Assembly (NCBI GenBank): GCA_965202665.1
Contig: OZ241841.1
Span: 800,001 to 864,000 of the forward strand
DNA length: 64,000 bases
Source: Candidatus Spongiisociaceae bacterium
GTDB lineage: Bacteria > Actinomycetota > Acidimicrobiia > Spongiisociales > Spongiisociaceae
Direction of reading: 5' to 3'
The notes under the pieces are model-generated. The model saw nothing but the letters and a program-made list of their open reading frames with translations, had not been told where the DNA came from and ran no database searches. The position numbers and the translations under genes are program-made. Positions 29,607 to 39,597 of the stretch are shown piece after piece (position 1 is the first letter of the stretch; the number at the start of each line of letters is the position of its first letter).

Positions 29607-31166
29607 CTATCCCGTCCCGCCTTCCCCGCCCCCTTCGTCCTTCTCGCCGGGCCGGGGGGTTTTGAGCAGGGACGGCAAGCCGGGTTTGCGGATTTTGCCG
29701 GCGGGGGTGCGGGGAAACTCATCTACGAAGACCACGTAGCGGGGCCGGGCGCGGCGCTCCAGGCTCCCCGCTACCAGGTCTTTCACCTCCTGTTCCCCGA
29801 CTTCCGCCCCGGGGCGCAGTTTGACGGCCGCGGCCGGGGTTTCCCCCCACTCCTCATCCTCCACCCCGAACACCGCCGCCTCCTCCACTCCCGGATGGGC
29901 GGCTATCGCCCGCTCCACCTGCGCCGGATACACGTTTGCCCCGCCGGAAATGATCACCTCCCGGCTGCGGCCGACGATGGTCAGAAAACCCTCTTCGTCC
30001 TCCGTAGCCAAGTCGCCGGTGAGCAGCCACCCGTCCCGGAAAGCGGCCGCCGTTTCCTGCGGGTTTCCCCAGTAACCGGACATCACCTTGCGGCTGCGCA
30101 CCGTGATTTCCCCCACCTCCCCCGGTTCGGAGGCCGTCCCGTCCGGCCGGCGCACCACCGCCTCCACCCCGGGAATGGGCCGCCCCACCGAACCCAGGCG
30201 GGGGTCGTCCGGCCCGGTCAAATTCCGATGGTCGGCGGCGGTGAGGGCGGTCACCACCGTGCACGCCTCGGTCAGCCCGTAGCCGTGGTACAACCCGCAC
30301 GAGGCCTCCTCCCGCATCCGCCGCAGCAGGGAACGGGCGCTGGGGGCGGCCCCGTACACCAGCAGCCGCAAAGACGCCAAGCGTTCCGGGGCGTAGGAGG
30401 GGTGGTCCAAAATGCGGCTGATCTGGGTGGGGACGGCGATGGTACTGGCCACCCGGCCCCCCTCCACCGCCTCCAGCCAATCGGGAACGGTGAAACGGGG
30501 CAGAACCAGATGGGTGTGGCCGCCCAGCGCCATCGTGAACACCCGCAAACCGGCCGAGGCGTGATACAAGGGAGTGGAAGTCAGGTAAACCTCATGCTCC
30601 CCGAACTCTTGGGAGAGGGCCGCTAGGGCGGCGTTGCGGGCGATGGCGTCTTGGCTGAGGCACACCCCTTTGGGATGGCCGGTGGTGCCGCTGGTGTAGA
30701 TGATGAGGGCCGTGTCGGACGGATCCGGTTCGGGCAGCGGAGCGGTGGGCGCGGTCAGGGCCCGCCGGTATTCGGAATCCCCCTCCGCCGCCGTCTCCAC
30801 CCCGGCCGCGGCCAGGGCCTCCGCCCCCGGCTCATCGGCGAACCCCAGGGCGGGGCGGCAATCCCCCACTAGTTGTTCCACTGCGGAGGCGGACAGGCCG
30901 GAGCCCACCGGGACGGCGGCCGCCCCCAGCCGGGAGGCGGCCAGATAGGCGTAAAAGTGGAGCAGGCCGTTGTCGGCCCGCACCATGATCCTGTCCCCCC
31001 GGCCCGCGCCCCGCCCGGCCATCCAGCAGGCCAGGCTTTCCACCCGTTCCGCCAACCGCCGATAGGAGACCGACTCCCCCCCGATTATCCGCACCGCGGT
31101 GCGCTCCGGGAAGCGGGCGGCCGCCTGGCGCAACAGGGCGGGAAGGGCGACGGCGGGCGGGTTCAT
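29607..31166 (-). CDS. Acyl-CoA synthetase (AMP-forming)
   Basis: YTSGTTGHPKG, YGLTE, TGDLA, ISGGANVYP, GKI. Confidence 0.92.
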   Translation of the reverse strand: MNPPAVALPALLRQAAARFPERTAVRIIGGESVSYRRLAERVESLACWMAGRGAGRGDRIMVRADNGLLHFYAYLAASRLGAAAVPVGSGLSASAVEQLVGDCRPALGFADEPGAEALAAAGVETAAEGDSEYRRALTAPTAPLPEPDPSDTALIIYTSGTTGHPKGVCLSQDAIARNAALAALSQEFGEHEVYLTSTPLYHASAGLRVFTMALGGHTHLVLPRFTVPDWLEAVEGGRVASTIAVPTQISRILDHPSYAPERLASLRLLVYGAAPSARSLLRRMREEASCGLYHGYGLTEACTVVTALTAADHRNLTGPDDPRLGSVGRPIPGVEAVVRRPDGTASEPGEVGEITVRSRKVMSGYWGNPQETAAAFRDGWLLTGDLATEDEEGFLTIVGRSREVIISGGANVYPAQVERAIAAHPGVEEAAVFGVEDEEWGETPAAAVKLRPGAEVGEQEVKDLVAGSLERRARPRYVVFVDEFPRTPAGKIRKPGLPSLLKTPRPGEKDEGGGEGGTG

Positions 31167-31176
31167 CCGCCCCAGG

Positions 31177-32397
31177 TTACGACGCCGGATAGAGGGCCAC
31201 CGGCATGCGGGCCGGGGCCCGCAACACGTAACCCTCGTCCTCCGGCGGTCCGTCGGTGAACTCGGCCCGCTCGAACCGGTCCAGCAAGGCCCCCATCACC
31301 ACCTCCATTTCCATTTGGGCCAGAAGCGACCCGGTGCAGTGGTGGACGCCCGCCCCGAAAGGGAGGATGTCCGAGCGGGGCGTGAACTGCCGGAAGGCGT
31401 CGTCTTGGAAGCGGTCCAGCAGAAAACGGTCCGGTTCGGGGAAAATATTCCCGTCCCGGTTGGCCGACCCGACCAACGCGAACATCTTCTCCCCCGGCGC
31501 CAACTCCCGGCCGGCCATTTCCACCGGGGCGGTGACTTGGCGCACCAAGCCGTGGGCGGGGGCGTTGAAACGCAAGGTTTCGGCGCAGGCCGGAACCACC
31601 AGTTCCCGCTCCGCCCGCAACCTCCCCCACAGGTTCCCGGTCAGCAGGGACTTCTGCAGGTTGGAGAGGGCCCGGGAGGTGGTTTCCACCCCGGCCGCCA
31701 ACAGCAAGGAGCAGGCGGAGGCGATGGCCTGGTCGGCGAGGGGCTCCCCCTCGTATTCGGCGGCGCACATTTCGGACAGCAGATCGTCCTCCGGCTGGGA
31801 ACGTTTCCGGCGCAGGACGGGGGCCAGCCACTCCCCCAGGGCCCGGCGGGCCTCCGCCCCCCGCTTTTCCACCTGCGGATCGTTTTTGATGTTGGAGACG
31901 CTGGCCTGGGCGATGGCGTCGTACCAGGGGCGGAAGGCGGCCACCTCCGGGATGCCCATAAAAGTGGCGGTCATCACCATCGGCATTTCCGTGTTGAGGG
32001 CCTGATGCAAATCCACCGGTTGGCCGGCGGGCAACCCGTCCAAGATGGAGTCGGTAATCCGTTCCGCCAGCCGGCGCAACTCCCCGCCCAGGCGCCGGCG
32101 GCTGCGTATCCAGCGGCCCAGCAAGGCCCCGTGGAAGGCGTGCTCCCTCCCCTCCATATGCAGAATCACCCGGCCGTGCACCGCCGACGAGCCGGGGCCG
32201 AAGGGCAGGGGGCGGAAACTGCCGGAGTCGGACAGCGCCCGTTTCACATCCGAGTGGCGGGTGACCACCCAGCTGGCGAGCGGTTCGCACCAGAATATGG
32301 GGTTGCGGGCGCGGGCTTCCCGGTACAGGGGAAAAGGGTCGGCTTCCCCGACCGCCACCGAGGCGAAGCGGGCGGAAATGTCACAGGGGGCGGTCAT
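31177..32397 (-). CDS. Cytochrome P450
   Basis: AGVETT I-helix, ETLR, heme motif FGAGVHHCTG. Confidence 0.95.
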   Translation of the reverse strand: MTAPCDISARFASVAVGEADPFPLYREARARNPIFWCEPLASWVVTRHSDVKRALSDSGSFRPLPFGPGSSAVHGRVILHMEGREHAFHGALLGRWIRSRRRLGGELRRLAERITDSILDGLPAGQPVDLHQALNTEMPMVMTATFMGIPEVAAFRPWYDAIAQASVSNIKNDPQVEKRGAEARRALGEWLAPVLRRKRSQPEDDLLSEMCAAEYEGEPLADQAIASACSLLLAAGVETTSRALSNLQKSLLTGNLWGRLRAERELVVPACAETLRFNAPAHGLVRQVTAPVEMAGRELAPGEKMFALVGSANRDGNIFPEPDRFLLDRFQDDAFRQFTPRSDILPFGAGVHHCTGSLLAQMEMEVVMGALLDRFERAEFTDGPPEDEGYVLRAPARMPVALYPAS

Positions 32398-32447
32398 AAT
32401 CCATGTTCAAATTGGGTCGGCTAACCTTTCGGGGACGCGGCGGCATT

Positions 32448-32460
32448 GTATACGGTATAC
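32448..32460. promoter_or_regulatory. Candidate operator GTATAC-G-GTATAC in divergent promoter region
   Basis: Dyad-symmetric 13-mer between P450 and dctP starts. Confidence 0.45.
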
Positions 32461-32515
32461 TACTAGGACCGTCCCCTGGAGACGCATCCGAAAAAAACCA
32501 AGGAGGCAAAACAAA

Positions 32516-35322
32516 ATGCGCAAACTCACCGTCCTTATTCTCGCCCTGTCTTTACTGGCGGTCGCCTGCGGGGGCGATAGCGGCGAGACTACGACCACCA
32601 CCGCCGCCCAGACCACCACCACGGCCGCCGCGGCCGCCGAAGAACCGGCCGCGACCACGACGGCCGCGCCCTCCCCGGTGGACGATCTGCCGGAGTTGAC
32701 GGTGAATGTTGGGCATTCGGGGGCTCCGGACGGGTTTGCGGATGTGGCTTCGGTGCGGTTCAAGCAGTTGGTGGAGGAACGTTCGCAGGGGAAGATCACT
32801 GTTGAGGTGTTTCCCAGCGGCCAGTTGGGAGGCGAACGGGAGTTGGTGGAAGGGGCCCAGATCGGGTCGGTGGACATGGCGGTGGTCCTGGCCGGGATTC
32901 TGGAATCCTTCGTCCCCGACTTCGGGGTGCTCAACCTGCCCTATCTGTTCGACAACCGGGATCACGTGTTCTCCACCCTGGACGGGGAAGTAGGCGAAGG
33001 GCTCCTGGGCCTGCTCGACGATGTGCAACTGAAAGGATACGCCTTCGGGGAATTCGGGTTCCGGTCCATGATGACCGCCCCCCGGCCGATAAACACCCCG
33101 GCCGACCTGGACGGAATCAAAATCCGGGTCCCCGAATCCGACCTGTATATAGAAACGATGAGCCGGCTGGGGGCCACCCCCACCCCCATCCCCGGCCCGG
33201 AGATTTTCACCTCCCTGCAAAACGGAGTGGTGGAAGCGCCCACTGTCGCTGACCGAGACGCCGCTCTGCTGATGGTCGGATCCCAAGACCTGTGGAACCG
33301 GGCTGGTCAAACAGGCCGCCCACGCGGTCATCGAAGACGACGCCGGTTCGCCGAACTCCGAAACCAAGGATGGAGCATCACCGAAGTAGACAAAGCCCCC
33401 TTCCGCCAAGCAGTCGCCCCCATCTACGACGCCAACCCCGACCTGGAACCTCGCCGGGCACCGACGTGGACGCGTTGCCGGAGTTGACGGTGAATGTTGG
33501 GCATTCGGGGGCTCCGGACGGGTTTGCGGATGTGGCTTCGGTGCGGTTCAAGCAGTTGGTGGAGGAACGTTCGCAGGGGAAGATCACTGTTGAGGTGTTT
33601 CCCAGCGGCCAGTTGGGAGGCGAACGGGAGTTGGTGGAAGGGGCCCAGATCGGGTCGGTGGACATGGCGGTGGTCCTGGCCGGGATTCTGGAATCCTTCG
33701 TCCCCGACTTCGGGGTGCTCAACCTGCCCTATCTGTTCGACAACCGGGATCACGTGTTCTCCACCCTGGACGGGGAAGTAGGCGAAGGGCTCCTGGGCCT
33801 GCTCGACGATGTGCAACTGAAAGGATACGCCTTCGGGGAATTCGGGTTCCGGTCCATGATGACCGCCCCCCGGCCGATAAACACCCCGGCCGACCTGGAC
33901 GGAATCAAAATCCGGGTCCCCGAATCCGACCTGTATATAGAAACGATGAGCCGGCTGGGGGCCACCCCCACCCCCATCCCCGGCCCGGAGATTTTCACCT
34001 CCCTGCAAAACGGAGTGGTGGACGCCACCGAAGCGCCCATCTTCGCCGCGGTGACCCAAAAATATTACGAAACGCCGCTGGAGCACCTGTCGCTGACCGA
34101 GCACATCTACGCCGCTCTGCTGATGGTCGGATCCCAAGACCTGTGGAACCGGCTGGGCGACGCCGGGCAAGCCCTGGTCAAACAGGCCGCCCTCGACGCC
34201 GTCGACCACCAACGGAAGCAAAGCATCGAAGACGACGCCGGATACATCGCCGAACTCCGAAACCAAGGATGGAGCATCACCGAAGTAGACAAAGCCCCCT
34301 TCCGCCAAGCAGTCGCCCCCATCTACGACGCCAACCCCGACCTCGCCCAATGGGTAGAACGCATCCGCGGCGTAATCGGCGGAACCTCGCCGGGCACCGA
34401 CGTGGACGCGTTGCCGGAGTTGACGGTGAATGTTGGGCATTCGGGGGCTCCGGACGGGTTTGCGGATGTGGCTTCGGTGCGGTTCAAGCAGTTGGTGGAG
34501 GAACGTTCGCAGGGGAAGATCACTGTTGAGGTGTTTCCCAGCGGCCAGTTGGGAGGCGAACGGGAGTTGGTGGAAGGGGCCCAGATCGGGTCGGTGGACA
34601 TGGCGGTGGTCCTGGCCGGGATTCTGGAATCCTTCGTCCCCGACTTCGGGGTGCTCAACCTGCCCTATCTGTTCGACAACCGGGATCACGTGTTCTCCAC
34701 CCTGGACGGGGAAGTAGGCGAAGGGCTCCTGGGCCTGCTCGACGATGTGCAACTGAAAGGATACGCCTTCGGGGAATTCGGGTTCCGGTCCATGATGACC
34801 GCCCCCCGGCCGATAAACACCCCGGCCGACCTGGACGGAATCAAAATCCGGGTCCCCGAATCCGACCTGTATATAGAAACGATGAGCCAGCTGGGGGCCA
34901 CCCCCACCCCCATCCCCGGCCCGGAGATTTTCACCTCCCTGCAAAACGGAGTGGTGGACGCCACCGAAGCGCCCATCTTCGCCGCGGTGACCCAAAAATA
35001 TTACGAAACGCCGCTGGAGCACCTGTCGCTGACCGAGCACATCTACGCCGCTCTGCTGATGGTCGGATCCCAAGACCTGTGGAACCGGCTGGGCGACGCC
35101 GGGCAAGCCCTGGTCAAACAGGCCGCCCTCGACGCCGTCGACCACCAACGGAAGCAAAGCATCGAAGACGACGCCGGATACATCGCCGAACTCCAAAACC
35201 AAGGGTGGAGCATCACCGAAGTCGACAAAGCCCCCTTCCGCCAAGCAGTCGCCCCCATCTACGACGCCAACCCCGACCTCGCCCAATGGGTAGAACGCAT
35301 CCGCGGCGTAGTCGGCGGATGA
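32516..35322 (+). CDS. dctP: TRAP substrate-binding lipoprotein with three tandem DctP domains (first domain carries deletions/frameshift)
   Basis: AGGAGG RBS; lipobox AVAC; VFPSGQLGGERE and GIKIRVP repeated 3 times. Confidence 0.8.
32688..35319 (+). repeat. Tandem repeat, unit 936 bp (first unit 788 bp)
   Basis: Units start at 32688, 33476 and 34412; units 2 and 3 differ at only a few bases. Confidence 0.95.
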
Positions 35323-35362
35323 CCTCCCGCGGAGTCGGAGGGCCCGGGGAACGGCCCGACCG

Positions 35363-35908
35363 ATGAACAAAGCCCTCAACGGGTTCCACCTGTTGAGCGC
35401 CGGCCTGGAGCGGGGCCTGCGGGTCCTGCTCGGGCTGGTGTTGGCCGTCCTCACCGGCATACTCTTCCTGCAGGTAATCATGCGGTTCGTGTTCGTCAAC
35501 TCGCTCACCTGGGCGGAGGAAGTGCCCCGCATCATCCTCATCTGGCTGGTTTTCCTCGGGCTGATCCCCACCGTCAAAGGCCAGCACCTGATCATCGACG
35601 TGCTCGGCGACCGGCCCTGGCTGCGCTATCTGAGCACGGCCGTGAAATGGGCGGTGCTGGTGTTCTTTTTGGTGAAAGGCATCGACGTGGTGACCAAGGT
35701 GATCGGCCAGAAAATGCCGGTCACCGGCATCTCCCGGGCCTGGCAGTACGGGGCCGCCCCGGTGGGGGCGGGGATAGCGGCCATCGTGGGCATCGACGAG
35801 TTCATCGGCCTGATCCGCAGCCGGGCCAAGGAAACCTACGAGATGGAGAGCGTGCTGTCGGCGGCCGGAATGGCCGGAGAAGAAACCGAAACCGCGGGCG
35901 CCGGCTAG
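35363..35908 (+). CDS. dctQ: TRAP small permease
   Basis: QVIMRF, WAEEVPR, W.VFLG, HLIID; 4 TM. Confidence 0.88.
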   Translation: MNKALNGFHLLSAGLERGLRVLLGLVLAVLTGILFLQVIMRFVFVNSLTWAEEVPRIILIWLVFLGLIPTVKGQHLIIDVLGDRPWLRYLSTAVKWAVLVFFLVKGIDVVTKVIGQKMPVTGISRAWQYGAAPVGAGIAAIVGIDEFIGLIRSRAKETYEMESVLSAAGMAGEETETAGAG

Positions 35909-35912
35909 CCCA

Positions 35913-37193
35913 ATGGAACTGTTCCTGGTTTTTTTGACCCTGTTCGGGTTGCTCATTCTGCGCGTTCCCATCTTCGCCGCCCTGGCCGGGGCCACCATCG
36001 TGGGGATACTGCTGGAACCCCGCCTGACGCTTTTGGAAGTGGTGCGCAACTCCATCATCGGCATCGACTCGCTGGTGCTGTTCGCCGCCCCCCTGTTCGT
36101 GCTGGCCGGCAACCTGATCCTGGTGGGCGGGGTGTCGGAGCGGCTCATCGGATGGGTGGACAACCTGTTCGGGTTCAGCCGCCTGCGCCTGGCCTACGTC
36201 AACGTGTTCGGTTCCATGTTCTTCGGCGGCATCTCCGGGTCGGCCACCGCCGACTCGGCCGCCATCGGATCGGTGCTGGTCCCGGCGATGAAACGGCAGG
36301 GCTACCCCACCCCCTATGCGGCGTCGGTGACCGCCGCTTCCAGTTCCATCGGCATCATCGTCCCCCCCAGCGTGCCCATGATCCTGGCCGGGGCGGCCAC
36401 CAGCGTGTCGGTCACCAAACTGTTCGTAGGCGGATACGGACCGGGGTTGCTCATCGCCCTGTCGCTGGCGACGGTGGCTTACCTGCGCCGCCCCAAAGGA
36501 TGGCAAGCGGAGCGCATCAGATGGAACTGGAAACGGATGGGGGTGCGCACTTGGCGGGCCCTGCCGGCCTTGGTGTTCCCGGTGGTGATAATGGTCGGCA
36601 TTCTGGGCGGAGTGTTCACCGCCACCGAAGCGGCGGCGGTGGCGGTGGTGTACGCCCTGTTGGTTTCCCTGCTCATCTACCGGGAACTGGGCTGGAAAGG
36701 CCTCATCAAGTCGCTGTCGGATTCGGCCATGTTCGCGGCGGTGCTGTTCATCATCGTGGCCACCGCCCAAGCCTTCGGGTGGTATCTCACTTACACCCGG
36801 GTGCCGCAAAAACTGGCCGACTTCATGCTGTCCGTCTCCGAAAGCCGGGTGGTGGTGATTCTGCTGATGATTCTGCTGCTGCTGGTGGTGGGAACTTTCA
36901 TGGAAACGGTGCCCATCGTGCTGGTTCTCTACCCCATTCTGGAGCCGATCGCCGTCCAAATCGGCATGGACCCCATCCACTACGGAGTGACTTTCATGGC
37001 CGCCATCGCGGTGGGGCTGCTCACCCCTCCCTACGGGGTGCTCTTGTTCGTCAACTCCAAAATCGCGGGCATCCCTTCCGCCCAACTGATCCGGGCGGTG
37101 ATCCCGTTCGTCATCGCCCTCGTCATCGACGCCCTGATCATCGCTTTCGTTCCGGCGTTGGTGCTGGGCCCGGTTGAATTATTCTTCGGCTAA
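35913..37193 (+). CDS. dctM: TRAP large permease
   Basis: FGGISGSATAD, IVPPSVPMI, FTATEAAA, LTPPYG. Confidence 0.93.
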   Translation: MELFLVFLTLFGLLILRVPIFAALAGATIVGILLEPRLTLLEVVRNSIIGIDSLVLFAAPLFVLAGNLILVGGVSERLIGWVDNLFGFSRLRLAYVNVFGSMFFGGISGSATADSAAIGSVLVPAMKRQGYPTPYAASVTAASSSIGIIVPPSVPMILAGAATSVSVTKLFVGGYGPGLLIALSLATVAYLRRPKGWQAERIRWNWKRMGVRTWRALPALVFPVVIMVGILGGVFTATEAAAVAVVYALLVSLLIYRELGWKGLIKSLSDSAMFAAVLFIIVATAQAFGWYLTYTRVPQKLADFMLSVSESRVVVILLMILLLLVVGTFMETVPIVLVLYPILEPIAVQIGMDPIHYGVTFMAAIAVGLLTPPYGVLLFVNSKIAGIPSAQLIRAVIPFVIALVIDALIIAFVPALVLGPVELFFG

Positions 37194-37219
37194 CGGACGA
37201 CAGGAGGCAAGGAGGAACC

Positions 37220-38662
37220 ATGAACCAGGAAACCAACCCCGCGACCGGCCCCGGGCGGGAAACATACCGGATCCTTTCCTTCGTGAACCACGTCCCGGTG
37301 CATCCCGACCTGGGCGGGTTCTTGGAGCGGGCCCGCCGGCTGGGCGTGGACGCGGTGTGCTCGCAGGGCACCGGAATGGACTTCGGCCCCTACATGCTGG
37401 GCTCCGGCACCCAATTCACCACCGACAACTTCAAAGACAACGTGCGCCCCTACCTCAAGTTCGCCCGGGAGTTGGACATTCCCTTCATCCTGTCGGTGGG
37501 AATAGCCGGGGGGCGCATACAACTCGACGCCTGCCTGGAGCGCATCGACGAAATCGCCGCCGAAGAGGACCTGCCGCTGCGGGTGGGGGTGATCGACGGA
37601 GAAGTGGACCGGGAGGCCCTGGCCGAACGGTTGCGGAACGGGGGGCGGGCCCGGCGGGCGGTGGACTCCCCCGCCCTGTCGGAATGGCTCACCCCCGAAG
37701 ACGCGCTGGCCTCCGAACACATCGTGGCCCAGATGGGACCGGAGCCGATCATGGCCGCCCTGGAGGCGGGAGTGGACGGGGTGATCACCGGCCGGGCCTT
37801 GGACGTGGGGGTGTACATGGCCCCGGCCCTTTTAGCCGGGTTCCCCAAAGGCCCGGTCACCCACCTGGCCAAAGTCATCGAATGCGCCGGCCTGGCCCTG
37901 CATCCCGGCGATCCCAGCGAACCCATCTACGGCGTTGCGGACCGGGAGGGGCTGACCGTGTATCCGCTGAGCGGCAACCAGCGGGCCACTCCCCGCTCCA
38001 TCGCCGGCCATTCCATGTACGAACGGGACAACCCGTTCCGGGAGCGCAACCCGGGCGGCTACCTGGACCTGACCGAAGCCTGGTACGAACAGACGGCGGA
38101 CGGCGGGGTGCGTTCGCAGGGGGCGGCGTGGGTGGACGAGCCGTACACGGTGAAACTGGAGGGGGCGCGGCGCAACGGCTACCGCACCGTCTCCTTCTTC
38201 GGGGTCCGCGAACCCCGTTTCATCGCCCAACTGGACGGCTTTTTGGACAACATCCGGGAAACCCTGCGCGCCTCGCGTCGCTTCGGGCATCTGGACGAAG
38301 GCAAGCATTACACGATCACCTTCGACCAGTACGGGCGCAACGGGGTGCTGGGCCCCAACGAGCCCCTGCTGGACCGGGTTCCGCACGAGATCGGCCTGCT
38401 GGTGGACGTGATCGCCGAAACCAAAGAACTGGCGGAAAGCCTGTCATACTACGTTTGCATGGAGTTGTGGATCAAGCCCTATCCGGGGCGGCAGACCACC
38501 GCCGGCAATTTGGCCACCCGCTTCGCCCCGCCCACCATCAACGTGGGCGACGCCTACTCTTTCAACGTGTGGCATCTACTGGAGTTGGACGACCCGACCG
38601 AGCTGTTCCCTTACGAAATAGCGGATTTCCCCCGACGGGCGGGGGCGGGAGGGCCGCAATGA
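37220..38662 (+). CDS. AtuA-like (DUF1446) protein
   Basis: DFGPYMLG, VAQMGPEP, ITGRALD, HLAKVIEC, HSMYE, VKLEGA. Confidence 0.75.
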   Translation: MNQETNPATGPGRETYRILSFVNHVPVHPDLGGFLERARRLGVDAVCSQGTGMDFGPYMLGSGTQFTTDNFKDNVRPYLKFARELDIPFILSVGIAGGRIQLDACLERIDEIAAEEDLPLRVGVIDGEVDREALAERLRNGGRARRAVDSPALSEWLTPEDALASEHIVAQMGPEPIMAALEAGVDGVITGRALDVGVYMAPALLAGFPKGPVTHLAKVIECAGLALHPGDPSEPIYGVADREGLTVYPLSGNQRATPRSIAGHSMYERDNPFRERNPGGYLDLTEAWYEQTADGGVRSQGAAWVDEPYTVKLEGARRNGYRTVSFFGVREPRFIAQLDGFLDNIRETLRASRRFGHLDEGKHYTITFDQYGRNGVLGPNEPLLDRVPHEIGLLVDVIAETKELAESLSYYVCMELWIKPYPGRQTTAGNLATRFAPPTINVGDAYSFNVWHLLELDDPTELFPYEIADFPRRAGAGGPQ

Positions 38663-38976
38663 CCGCCTTGCGCGATCTGGCCGGAACCTTGCGGAGCAAA
38701 AACTCCGACCCGTTCAGCACCACCTTCGACGTCTTCTTCGACGACGAAGCCGCCTACCAGCGGGTGAAGCGGTCGGGGGTGGTCAACGCCCCGGACATCG
38801 CCCGCCTCTACGGGCTGACCGAGGACGGGGTGCTGGGCATCTACTTCCTGGACGCCGCTTTGGCCTTCAAAGTGACGCTGGCCAAAGACATACCCTCCTC
38901 CGACCCGGCCTGCAAAGACGTGTTCGGCGCCCATCAGCACCTGCAGTTGTCCAACATTGAAATTCCGGATCCTTGA
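38659..38976 (+). CDS. DUF4387-family protein
   Basis: LRSKNSDPF..TFDVFF, DVFGAHQH; ATGA overlap with the upstream gene. Confidence 0.75.
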   Translation: MTALRDLAGTLRSKNSDPFSTTFDVFFDDEAAYQRVKRSGVVNAPDIARLYGLTEDGVLGIYFLDAALAFKVTLAKDIPSSDPACKDVFGAHQHLQLSNIEIPDP

Positions 38977-39003
38977 ATCCGGCAAGCGACAGGAGGTAAC
39001 ACT

Positions 39004-39573
39004 ATGACCGTTCTGCTGGATCCCACCGCCGAAGAGTTCCGCCGGTTCGCCGCCGGGGAGGAACTGAAGCCGATCGAAGCGGCCGAGTTGAACGTGGCGG
39101 TGCTCAACTCCCGCTGGGAGAGCATGACCCGCATCTCCCAGATCCTGGACGAGCGGCTGGCCGACCGGCCCGATGTGGGACGGGTGGACCATTGGAAAAT
39201 CAAGCACTCCGAGCCGACTCCCGAAGACGTGCTGGACCAGATAACCGGAACCAGCCACTTCGCCATCCTCGGCTTGGGCAACTGAGGGGCGTGCACCGCG
39301 TGGAGTTGCCACGATGGAACCGAACTGAGAAGAAGGAACATCCCCACCGTGTTGCTGATCACCGAAGCCTTCGAAGAGTTGGCGGCCGCCACCCTGCTCA
39401 GCCGGGGGATGCCCGACCTGCCCATGATCGTCCTGCCCCACGAAACCGAGGTGCTGACCATGGAGGAGTTGCGCCCCATCGTCAACCGGGCCGTCGACTA
39501 CGACCTGTTCCCGCTAATGGACGCGGCCAAAGAAGGGGCCCTCCGGGACATCGGCTCCGCCGTCGAAATGTAA
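39004..39573 (+). CDS. UGSC-family selenoprotein (Sec at in-frame TGA 39283-39285)
   Basis: ORFs 39004-39285 and 39349-39573 share a frame; read-through gives GLGN-U-GACTAWSCHDG...RRNIPTV..ITEAF (UxxC); AGGAGG RBS; hairpin 3' of UGA. Confidence 0.85.
39296..39317 (+). promoter_or_regulatory. Candidate bacterial SECIS element
   Basis: Stem CGTGG (39299-39303)/CCACG (39309-39313), loop AGTTG, 13 nt after the UGA. Confidence 0.6.
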
Positions 39574-39597
39574 ACGGGCGGGGAGGACGATGACTCC

